A stretch of DNA of 64,000 bases, taken from positions 322,172 through 386,171 of the forward strand of contig OY970358.1 in NCBI GenBank assembly GCA_963718575.1, given 5' to 3'. This document shows, one piece after another, positions 1-7,899 of this stretch. Position 1 is the stretch's first letter. The number at the start of each line of letters is the position of its first letter. The translations under genes and the position numbers were made by a program. The stretch is from an uncultured bacterium. Its GTDB lineage: Bacteria > Patescibacteriota > Minisyncoccia > UBA6257 > 2-01-FULL-56-20. Below the pieces are notes generated by a model. That model searched no databases and was not told the DNA's origin. It was given only the letters and a program-made list of their open reading frames with translations.

Positions 1-260
1 GTGCTCTTCCAGTTGATGATCGCGATCGCGACGATGATCACCGCCGGGATCGCCCACCACACGAGCTGACGCCACGCGCTGCCGACATGTTCCGGATCGT
101 ACTTTGCTTTTTTATTCCCCGCGCGGTATTTCCATGCAAACGTATAAAGCAAGATGAGCATCGGGACCGCCACAATAAGCATGATCGATACCACGAGGAT
201 GATCACGTTCCGTTCCTGCAATGCTATCGGGCCTTGGGGATCGAATACGCCGCCGGTCAT
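1..260 (-). CDS. cyoA: Cytochrome bo3 ubiquinol oxidase subunit II, N-terminal part (runs off window)
   Basis: Manual translation from ATG at 260: MTGGVFDPQGPIALQERNVIILVVSIMLIVAVPMLILLYTFAWKYRAGNKKAKYDPEHVGSAWRQLVWWAIPAVII... matches the CyoA pattern DPxGxI...LIVxxP...FAWKYRA...AKYxP...VWxxP with two TM helices. Not in the ORF track. Confidence 0.9.
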   Translation of the reverse strand, partial: MTGGVFDPQGPIALQERNVIILVVSIMLIVAVPMLILLYTFAWKYRAGNKKAKYDPEHVGSAWRQLVWWAIPAVIIVAIAIINWKS

Positions 261-349
261 TCTTTGATTGTACCACGGGCATCATTTTGACTTATGGGAA
301 AAAGGATGATTATATGTGTTCAGATAGCGAAGCGGAAAGGAGGAAATAG

Positions 350-574
350 ATGCCGCTTCCACATTGCTCTCACAAGCGTGGTTCGACCAGTGAAAAACGC
401 GTGACGCTCTGCCCTGAATGCCGCCAACCCCAGATGACAGGACGCAACGGAAAATGTGGCGAGTGTGGAATATTGCTCGTCATACGCAACCCCGATCCCA
501 TTCAGCCACAGCAGATTCAATTGGCTTGGGATCTCGCCCTGGGATGGCCGCCAAGCGAAGGATGTTTCGCTTAG
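350..574 (+). CDS. Small zinc-ribbon protein (CPEC...CGEC)
   Basis: Two CxxC pairs, AGGAGG RBS just upstream, hairpin plus T-run at 586-628. Confidence 0.6.
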   Translation: MPLPHCSHKRGSTSEKRVTLCPECRQPQMTGRNGKCGECGILLVIRNPDPIQPQQIQLAWDLALGWPPSEGCFA

Positions 575-585
575 CCATTCCGCCC

Positions 586-628
586 ATAGCGCCCCGGATG
601 AACCATCCCGGCTCAGCGCTATTTTTTT
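586..628 (+). terminator. Rho-independent terminator
   Basis: ATAGCGC...GCGCTAT stem followed by a T-run. Confidence 0.6.
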
Positions 629-659
629 ATCCTGATGGTGTATACTGAATGGCAATCCT

Positions 660-1334
660 ATGAGGATCCTCGTGGTCGAAGACCAAAAAGAAACTGCGGC
701 GGTTTTAAAGCGCAAGCTCGAAGCCGAGTGTTATGCGGTGGACGTGGAGCACGACGGCGAACGCGGATTCTATAAAGCCCGCACGAACGATTACGATCTC
801 ATTTTGTTGGACAAAGGCCTGCCGGGAAAAGACGGTTATGAGATCTGTTCCGAACTTCGTGAATATAAAACGAACACGCCGATCATGATCCTGAGCGTCG
901 CGGCGGAGATCGAGGATAAGGTAAATCTTCTCAACTGCGGCGCGGACGATTATCTCACCAAGCCGTATTCGTTCAACGAGCTCTCGGCGCGCGTGAAGGC
1001 GTTGTTGCGCCGCCCGGCGCAGACCGAAGGGAAATCGCTCACGGTCGGCGATATGTCACTTGATCGCGAAACCTATTCTTTCACCTTTCATAACCATACG
1101 GGATATCTCACTCCGAAAGAATTCATGTTGCTTGAATATCTCATGAAGAACGCCGGCAAGGTCGTCTCGCGCGGAACATTGCTGGAACACGTCTGGGACG
1201 ACAGCGCCGACCAATTTTCAAAGAGCATCGAAACGCACATCATGAATCTCCGCAAAAAGATCGATCCGCGGGACAGGGACGCGTTCATCCGCGCCGTCCC
1301 CGGACGCGGCTATATCGTCGGCGGCGGCGCTTAA
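660..1334 (+). CDS. OmpR/PhoB-family response regulator
   Basis: MRILVVED, DLILLD receiver, GADDYLTKP, winged-helix LTPKEF..LLEYL and C-terminal VPGRGY. TATACT at 641-646. Confidence 0.95.
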   Translation: MRILVVEDQKETAAVLKRKLEAECYAVDVEHDGERGFYKARTNDYDLILLDKGLPGKDGYEICSELREYKTNTPIMILSVAAEIEDKVNLLNCGADDYLTKPYSFNELSARVKALLRRPAQTEGKSLTVGDMSLDRETYSFTFHNHTGYLTPKEFMLLEYLMKNAGKVVSRGTLLEHVWDDSADQFSKSIETHIMNLRKKIDPRDRDAFIRAVPGRGYIVGGGA

Positions 1335-1398
1335 CGGATATTTAATGTGAGCTGAGTATAATATGCGGGAAAGGTCGAAAAAATCCCACACAAATGAT

Positions 1399-1503
1399 AT
1401 GAATACGTTATTGGAAAAGGTGCTTACCGAGACATCCGCGCGCGAGCCGGAAGAAGCGGAGACGCTCGCTATGGAGCAAGATGCGTTTGAGATCTGGGAT
1501 TGA
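1399..1503 (+). CDS. 34-aa putative precursor peptide MNTLLEKVLTETSAREPEEAETLAMEQDAFEIWD (ComX-like, penultimate Trp)
   Basis: Clean ORF between regulator and kinase. TATAAT at 1357-1362 abuts an alternative in-frame ATG at 1363, so 1399 is preferred. Single Trp next to the C-terminus. Below the ORF-track size cutoff. Confidence 0.55.
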   Translation: MNTLLEKVLTETSAREPEEAETLAMEQDAFEIWD

Positions 1504-2879
1504 TCGCGATGAACGAAGACCTCCTGAGAAGAAAACATATCCTCGAGATCCTTCTCATCGGATCGGTGGGAATGCTGGTAGTCCTCGACGCTTTTGTCCT
1601 TTTTCATTCCTTACAGGACGGCGCCGCGTATCCGGGCATCACGTTCGGGGTGTTCTCGATACTACCAGCATTCTTCATCATCCTGTACGTCCTCTCCCGC
1701 CGCGGATTCTCTGAATCGGTTTCCTATCTTTTGATATGGATCTATCTTGCAAGCGATAGTTATGTCGCATACCGGTGGGGTGTCAGAGTGCAGGTGGTGC
1801 TCATTGCATATGCGCTCATCATCGTCATGGCGACCATCCTTCGCGGGACGAAATTCGGATTTTTCATCACCGGTGCGATCGCCGCGTATATCACACCGCT
1901 ATGGTATCTCCAAATGCACGGCATCGTCCTCATGCCGACGGAACGCCCGAGCGGTGACGATGCCGTCGTTCTCTCGGTGCTCTATTTCCTCATCATGATC
2001 GTCGCATGGCTTTACGATCGCGAGATCCAGCAATCACTGCGCCGGGCAAAAGACTCCGAGGCTGCGCTCAAAGAAGAGCGCAATTCGCTGGAAATAAAAG
2101 TCACGGAACGCACTGACGAATTGCGACGGACCCAGCTGGAAAAAGTGCAACAATTGAACCGTCTCGCCGAACTCGGACAGCTTTCATCCGGACTCTTCCA
2201 TGACCTGCTCAACCTCCTCAACGCGCTTTCGCTCCGTTCGGAAGATGTCGGGGATCCGTCCCTTACAAGCGCATTCAACACCGCGAGGCAGATCGAAAAT
2301 TTCATGAAGGCGGTCCGGAAGCAGATCGGCGGGGTGAACACAAGCGAACTATTTTCTCTTATCGAAGGCATCGATCATGTCGTCCAGCTCGTCAATTATC
2401 AGGCCAATAAGGGACTTGTCCGCATCGATTTCCGTCACGAACCGGATGCGGACATCCGATACGCCGGCGTCCCGTTCAAATTTCAGGAAATCGTGATCAA
2501 TCTGCTCTTGAACGCCATCGAATCGTATGAAAATCTGCCGCGCAACGATACCCGCGCGCGGACCATCGGGGTGACGATCGGGGAACGGTCCGGGCTCGTG
2601 ACATTCTGCGTCCGGGATAACGGATGCGGCATGACGCCCGCGGTCCGCGCGCGGGTATTTGAACCGTTCTTCACCACAAAGGACGCATCAAAAGGGATCG
2701 GGATAGGCCTTGCAACGATAAAGAAAATAATCGAAGAGGATTTTTCCGGCACGATCGCAGCAGAAAGCGAGCCGGGACGAGGATCCGTATTCACTGTCAC
2801 ATTTCCCATACATCATGAAGGATCATCAGAGAACGATCGACCGCGCGCTCACGCGCATCAGGGGCCAACAATCCCCTGA
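1500..2879 (+). CDS. Multi-TM sensor histidine kinase (start TTG 1500 or ATG 1509)
   Basis: About 6 N-terminal TM segments, coiled coil, H-box LGQLSSGLFHDLLN, N-box NLLLNA, DNGCG, FEPFFTTK, GIGIGL. Confidence 0.93.
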   Translation: MIAMNEDLLRRKHILEILLIGSVGMLVVLDAFVLFHSLQDGAAYPGITFGVFSILPAFFIILYVLSRRGFSESVSYLLIWIYLASDSYVAYRWGVRVQVVLIAYALIIVMATILRGTKFGFFITGAIAAYITPLWYLQMHGIVLMPTERPSGDDAVVLSVLYFLIMIVAWLYDREIQQSLRRAKDSEAALKEERNSLEIKVTERTDELRRTQLEKVQQLNRLAELGQLSSGLFHDLLNLLNALSLRSEDVGDPSLTSAFNTARQIENFMKAVRKQIGGVNTSELFSLIEGIDHVVQLVNYQANKGLVRIDFRHEPDADIRYAGVPFKFQEIVINLLLNAIESYENLPRNDTRARTIGVTIGERSGLVTFCVRDNGCGMTPAVRARVFEPFFTTKDASKGIGIGLATIKKIIEEDFSGTIAAESEPGRGSVFTVTFPIHHEGSSENDRPRAHAHQGPTIP

Positions 2880-4818
2880 CGGAAGCTTCATAAGCCTCTC
2901 GGGTTTTTCTCCCGATGATTTTTCCGATGCGATTCCCCGCCGGACGACATTCTTTACCGCAACCATCCTGGCGTGTCTGCACACTATCAGAAAACAAACC
3001 CCCGAGATCCATAACCGGGCGGCGGAATTCTTGCGGAAGGAAAAGAGCGAGCGATGCTCTTTCAATTATTGGGCGCGGCATGAATACGGACAAACCAACC
3101 CTCCTCATCCACCCTATCCGGACGATCTCGATGATACATTTGCCGCACTGATAGCGCTCGCAGGACATGATCGAAAGAGCATTGATGCCCGCTCGCTCGC
3201 CGCGGTGGCGAGACTGCTGACCGCCAGTGAAATTCACGCGGGCGGCCCGTATCGAACCTGGCTTGTGCCGAACAATGCCCCGGGGGCATGGCAGGATATC
3301 GACCTCGTGGTCAATTCCACGATCGGGTATTTTCTCTCGCTTATGGAAGTACATCTCCCGCGCCTGGAATATTTTATAAACGACGCGGTGAATAAAAATG
3401 AGCTCGCCTCCCCCTACTATCCCGGGATATTCCATGTTGGTTATTTTCTCTCACGATTTTATGAGAGCGTGAGCAGCAATGCGAAAAATGGTTGTGCCGA
3501 TGCCCGGATGAAATTGGCGGATATCGTCATCGGCCGCCTATACAAAACCGACGGCAGAACCATCACAACACTCGAACAATCAATGGCCATTTCATCGCTC
3601 ATCGCCCTTGGATGCGCAGAGCGGGACGTCGCCCCGGCGGCCAATCTGCTCGTGGAGCGCATAGAGCACGAAGGGTTCCGGCCTTACGCTTTCTGCATTG
3701 ATCCCGCACGTGAGGGCAGGCGATGCTACGCCGGCGCGTCCGCGCTGACCGCCGCTTTTTCCGCCGAAGCGCTCACGCGCCGTGCCGCTTTTCGCGATGC
3801 GGCGACGCCAGCGTGTGCGCCGCCGCCCGACGATCACATTCATGGCCTCGCCCGCACGGCATGCAGGGAGCTGAGCCACGACCTGCAGGGCATGGCCCTC
3901 GCAGAAATAGAAAAGGTTTCCGACGAGAAGATCACGACCCTCGCCTATGACTTCCGAGAGGTACTCTCTAAAAGCGGGATTATTATTCCGCTCGAGATCA
4001 CCGAACAACTTTCGCTCGCAAATCTTTATGGCTGGATGGCATACACGATCTACGATGACACCCTCGACGGCGAGTGCGATCGCGCGCTGATCCCCTGCGC
4101 GAACTTCTTCCTTAGGATGCTCACGGAACTATATCTTTCGCTCGAGCCGCAGATCCCCGGCGCGAAATGCCTTTTTTTAAAAACTACAAATCAAATTGAC
4201 GCCGCCGCCGTGTGGGAGCAAGCTCATTGCCGCATCGATCCGGAGCCGGGCGGCCTTCTCCCGTCGCCATTGCCATCGTTCGGCGATCATCAAACTCTTG
4301 CCGACCGGAGCATCGGACACGCGATGGGACCGCTCGCGGAAATGCTCTTTGCCGGATTTACCACGGACTCCGAAGAGTATCGAAATGTCGAATGCTTTTT
4401 CCGACACTATCTTATTGTCCGTCAGCTCCACGACGATGCACATGACTGGGCGGAAGACCTTCTCCATGGCCGCATAAATAGCGCGGGAACCATCGTTATG
4501 TATAAATTTCAAAAGAAATATCCTGACAGGGCGGAGGCTAAACCGATCCCCGTGATACTTCCCGAGCTGAAGGGAGTATTCTGGCAGGAAGTCATCGATG
4601 AGGTCGTAGGCCTTATACTCTCGCACGCTGCCGCCGCGAGGAACTTCAGAAAAGCGTCCGCTATGTTAAGCGATAGCGACTTCATGGAACATACGCTCCG
4701 AAAGCTCGAATCAGGCGCCATACGGGCGCTCAAAGAGCGAAACGATGCGCTTGTTTTTCTTAAGGATTATGGCAGTTCCCGGCCACCTGGCGTGACACCA
4801 GGAAAACCATTAAGCTAA
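2815..4818 (+). CDS. Fused class II terpene-cyclase-like / DDxxD prenyltransferase (isoprenoid synthase, ComQ-like) protein
   Basis: N-terminal QSPDGSF (QW-like) and YPDDLDDTF (DxDD), YRTW..DLVVN. C-terminal IYDDTLDGE (DDxxD) and QLHDDAHDWAEDLLHG second Asp-rich motif. Overlaps the kinase gene by 65 nt. Confidence 0.75.
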   Translation: MKDHQRTIDRALTRIRGQQSPDGSFISLSGFSPDDFSDAIPRRTTFFTATILACLHTIRKQTPEIHNRAAEFLRKEKSERCSFNYWARHEYGQTNPPHPPYPDDLDDTFAALIALAGHDRKSIDARSLAAVARLLTASEIHAGGPYRTWLVPNNAPGAWQDIDLVVNSTIGYFLSLMEVHLPRLEYFINDAVNKNELASPYYPGIFHVGYFLSRFYESVSSNAKNGCADARMKLADIVIGRLYKTDGRTITTLEQSMAISSLIALGCAERDVAPAANLLVERIEHEGFRPYAFCIDPAREGRRCYAGASALTAAFSAEALTRRAAFRDAATPACAPPPDDHIHGLARTACRELSHDLQGMALAEIEKVSDEKITTLAYDFREVLSKSGIIIPLEITEQLSLANLYGWMAYTIYDDTLDGECDRALIPCANFFLRMLTELYLSLEPQIPGAKCLFLKTTNQIDAAAVWEQAHCRIDPEPGGLLPSPLPSFGDHQTLADRSIGHAMGPLAEMLFAGFTTDSEEYRNVECFFRHYLIVRQLHDDAHDWAEDLLHGRINSAGTIVMYKFQKKYPDRAEAKPIPVILPELKGVFWQEVIDEVVGLILSHAAAARNFRKASAMLSDSDFMEHTLRKLESGAIRALKERNDALVFLKDYGSSRPPGVTPGKPLS

Positions 4819-4834
4819 AGGGAGGTCATTTCAA

Positions 4835-5185
4835 ATGACGGAAGGGGGGTGGAATATGGTCATCGAAGGCTGCGAAGAAAAAGCGTCGACCTTCACGTCG
4901 GAAGAAGATCTGCACGGAAAGATCGAGATCATCCAGGCAGAGCTCGAGCGTATGACGAAAGAAAAGAAGCCCGGCAAAGCAGGGGCTCAGGCATGGGTGA
5001 ACGAGGCTGATCATAAGATCAATAAAGCTTTCAATCTCCTTAAGCTCAAAGGGCAATATCCTGAGGAAGAATATCCCCGGTTGAAAGAGGTCTTCGCACA
5101 ACTCGAGGCGGTCGCCAAGAAGGCCGACGAAGACCGATTCCGCTATGGGACAAATATGAGACTTCCCGAATTCACCGTCGGCTGA
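4835..5185 (+). CDS. Hypothetical helical protein
   Basis: GGAGG RBS, Glu/Lys-rich ORF, terminator downstream. Confidence 0.65.
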   Translation: MTEGGWNMVIEGCEEKASTFTSEEDLHGKIEIIQAELERMTKEKKPGKAGAQAWVNEADHKINKAFNLLKLKGQYPEEEYPRLKEVFAQLEAVAKKADEDRFRYGTNMRLPEFTVG

Positions 5186-5200
5186 GTGCGCTTCACACTC

Positions 5201-5238
5201 ACAGCGCCTGAACACTCAGACAGGCGCTGTTATTTTTT
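5201..5238 (+). terminator. Rho-independent terminator
   Basis: ACAGCGCCTG/CAGGCGCTGT stem followed by T-rich tail. Confidence 0.7.
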
Positions 5239-5247
5239 GAAAAATAT

Positions 5248-6039
5248 CTATCCCTTAACACAAACAAGGCACAAGAACAGCGGAATCTCCTTTCGTGCCA
5301 GGTCCTCCGCAATAGCCCGCGGGCCGTCCTGGCTCTTTTTATGCGAGTTCCATTCTTCTATAAGGGATACCGCGAACCCCGCTTTATTGAGCGCTTTAAA
5401 ATAATACTGGAGCGGCCGATGGAACGACGTCGTGTACTGGCCCGGCTTGTCGCCCGGATGCATTTGGATCGGCACTTTCAGCTCGGAAAGATAGCGATCA
5501 ACGCGACGATACTGCACCTTCTCTCTTTCGTCCCACCCCCAGGCACTCGCCTTCGGCACGCGAAACGCGGGATGGTTGAGCACGATATATACCTTGCCGT
5601 CTTTTTTAAGGACACGCGCGCATTCGCGCACGACCGCCCCGACGTTCTCCATATTTTGCAACGCGAGCACGATCGCGGCCTTATCCACGCTTGCATTTTT
5701 TATGAACGGCAGCGCATCACCGGCTGCAACGTGAAATAGCGCTGATGGCACATTTTTTTGCGCGATCCCGATGAGCGCCTTGGAGGCATCAACGCCCGTC
5801 ACGATGGCACCGCGTGCGGCGAACTCGCGCGTGAAGAATCCCGGCCCGCAGGCGAGGTCAAGCACGGCATCGCCGCGACGAACATCCATTAACCGCAAAA
5901 GGTTCGGCAGGATCAGCTCCTTCTGATACGTCCCCTCTCCATTAAGCAACTTGTCGTACCATTCCGCGACGTTCTCCCAGGAAGTGCTCCTGGGCGCGGG
6001 CTTCGCCTTCGATCTCGGCTTTGGTCTTTGCGTCGGCAT
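5248..6039 (-). CDS. Class I SAM-dependent methyltransferase
   Basis: TSWENVAEWYD, VLDLACGPG motif I, GVDAS, NHPAF, FHRPLQYY. Start set at MPTQ (6039) rather than 6117. Confidence 0.88.
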   Translation of the reverse strand: MPTQRPKPRSKAKPAPRSTSWENVAEWYDKLLNGEGTYQKELILPNLLRLMDVRRGDAVLDLACGPGFFTREFAARGAIVTGVDASKALIGIAQKNVPSALFHVAAGDALPFIKNASVDKAAIVLALQNMENVGAVVRECARVLKKDGKVYIVLNHPAFRVPKASAWGWDEREKVQYRRVDRYLSELKVPIQMHPGDKPGQYTTSFHRPLQYYFKALNKAGFAVSLIEEWNSHKKSQDGPRAIAEDLARKEIPLFLCLVCVKG

Positions 6040-6160
6040 CCATCCATTATGCCATGATTCCGCAAAAGTGAAATAAACCGGCCCGTCGACCGGTATATAT
6101 ACGTAACAATGGCTCAAGGTCGATCAATATAAACCAATAATCATTGACCACCCATTATCT

Positions 6161-6250
6161 ATGGCCGATATGGATGACGATCGATGCCCGGAGTGCAAAC
6201 ACGAGCACACCGCAGAGGACGGTAGCTGCCGGTGCGGATGCCAGGCATAG
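6161..6250 (+). CDS. 29-aa Cys/His-rich microprotein MADMDDDRCPECKHEHTAEDGSCRCGCQA
   Basis: 5 Cys and 2 His in 29 aa (CxxCxHxH...CxCGC), followed directly by a terminator. Confidence 0.55.
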   Translation: MADMDDDRCPECKHEHTAEDGSCRCGCQA

Positions 6251-6258
6251 GAATATAT

Positions 6259-6294
6259 AAAACCCCCTTTGGTATTTTTACCAAAGGGGGTTTT
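6259..6294. terminator. Bidirectional terminator
   Basis: AAAACCCCCTTTGGTA-TTTT-TACCAAAGGGGGTTTT perfect hairpin between convergent ORFs. Confidence 0.8.
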
Positions 6295-6318
6295 ATATGA
6301 CTGATACTGACGGGGGCG

Positions 6319-6660
6319 TTACTGTCGTTTTTTATTTTTCAAAAATTCCACCAGCTTCTCCTCTATTATTTTTTTGTTAATGCCAACGTCATCCTCGCGC
6401 TCTATAAGCTTGTTTAATTGTTCAAAATCCATCGATCCCTCCCCTCCTTCCTGGATCAGCTTGCTCTCTTCATCCAGAAGTTGGTGCATCTCCGCGCTTA
6501 AATCAAAGTGTTCCCTTTTTAATCGGGCAATTTCCTGCTCGACAGACGCCTCCGACTCTCGCTCGGCGAATTCCGGAGGCGCTCCCCGCTCCTGAATTTA
6601 CGAAGCCCTTTCATCCAGCTCCTCTTTCCATGGTTCATCTTTCTTAAAGCTTTCTTTCAT
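6319..6660 (-). pseudogene. Coiled-coil hypothetical protein interrupted by in-frame TAA at 6598-6600 (or sequencing error)
   Basis: MKESFKKDEPWKEELDERAS*IQERGAPPEFAERESEASVEQEIARLKRE...KNKKRQ* reads in one frame across the stop. Confidence 0.55.
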
Positions 6661-6707
6661 ACGATAAATATACCATGGATACCCAGCCAAGCAATCCCCT
6701 AGGGTTG

Positions 6708-7895
6708 TCAGTTCAGCGAATTCCAGATCGCCGGATCGATATCCCCGTCCGCCTTGAAGAACATCACGCCGCGCAGGCCGTACTGCTTTGCGAGGGCAAC
6801 TTTCTGCAACTCCGACGTGGCGTCGGGGAAAGAAACGAAGAACGTTGTGGATGCGTTCGGATCGACGGTGTCGAGCACCGCAGGCTCCGTGGAGGAGACG
6901 TAATTGGTGAGGTCGATCGGCGCCTGAATGTACGTACTCGACGTGAAGGTATAGCTCAACTCTCCCGCGTTGTCGCGCACCGGATTGATGCCGAGCGAGT
7001 CCGCGCGATCCATCGCGCCAAAGTAGTCCCACGCGCGCACTTCCTGATAGGTCGTCACATTGTTGCTCCACGAGACCTCGTACTCATAGCCATACGTCGG
7101 GATGCCCAACATGATCTTGCGCGGATTGATGTACTGGATCGCGTACTGGATGATCTTCGTCACCCACGCCGGATCCGCCGTCGGCGAGTAAAGCGTGCCA
7201 TCGCCGCCCTTGCTCGCATCGAGCTTAAGGTCCGTCGTCCCCTGATCGTACGCCATCAACCGCACTTCATCGCAATACTGATTGAGCACGGTATAATTTT
7301 CGGGATAGGTGATGTTCGCCGGAACGACGACATATACATTGCTTGGCGGTTCGCGTGGAACAACAGTGCACGTAAGCACCTTGTTCTCCGCATGGAGACG
7401 TTGCGAAAGCCCCTCTATAAATAGAGAATAGTACGGGCGCGTAGATGTGGACATCGCTTCAAAATCAATATCGATGCCGTCAAAACTATTTGCCTTTGCG
7501 AGCTGGGCAATGCTCGTCTCCTCCGCCTGCCGCGCCTTCGCGACGGAAAGCAGATTATAGATGCCATTCGTGTCGAACCATGCGATCGTCGGGATCACCT
7601 TGACGCCGCCCGACTGCACCGCCGACATCCATCCGGTCCAAAGACCCTGGCTGATCCCAAGATCGTCTTTTATGGTCCCGGGAGCTACGATCTCATACGA
7701 AAACGGGCTCACTTCTTGCAATGAGTTAAGGTTGACCGCAATCTGCTGCTCCCCCGCAGAGCCGGTCCAGTACGGCACCCATGCGCCGTAATAGAAGGGC
7801 AACCTGGAGGCGGTCGTCGCCGCGGACGCAAAAAACGGCACCATGCCCAACGCAAGCGCAACCAACCCGGCCTTGATGATAATAGTTCCCCGCAT
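6708..7895 (-). CDS. Secreted glycoside hydrolase family 18 (chitinase/YaaH-like)
   Basis: Signal peptide from MRGTIIIK, catalytic FDGIDIDFE (DxDxE), LMAYD, KIMLGIPTYGY. Confidence 0.88.
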   Translation of the reverse strand: MRGTIIIKAGLVALALGMVPFFASAATTASRLPFYYGAWVPYWTGSAGEQQIAVNLNSLQEVSPFSYEIVAPGTIKDDLGISQGLWTGWMSAVQSGGVKVIPTIAWFDTNGIYNLLSVAKARQAEETSIAQLAKANSFDGIDIDFEAMSTSTRPYYSLFIEGLSQRLHAENKVLTCTVVPREPPSNVYVVVPANITYPENYTVLNQYCDEVRLMAYDQGTTDLKLDASKGGDGTLYSPTADPAWVTKIIQYAIQYINPRKIMLGIPTYGYEYEVSWSNNVTTYQEVRAWDYFGAMDRADSLGINPVRDNAGELSYTFTSSTYIQAPIDLTNYVSSTEPAVLDTVDPNASTTFFVSFPDATSELQKVALAKQYGLRGVMFFKADGDIDPAIWNSLN

Positions 7896-7899
7896 TGTC

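Noticed and set aside
1481-1714. 77-aa alternative-frame ORF over the kinase start
   Set aside because: Overlaps the kinase out of frame, and its frame is closed by TGA at 1400. Noted only as a possible indel-related alternative N-terminus.
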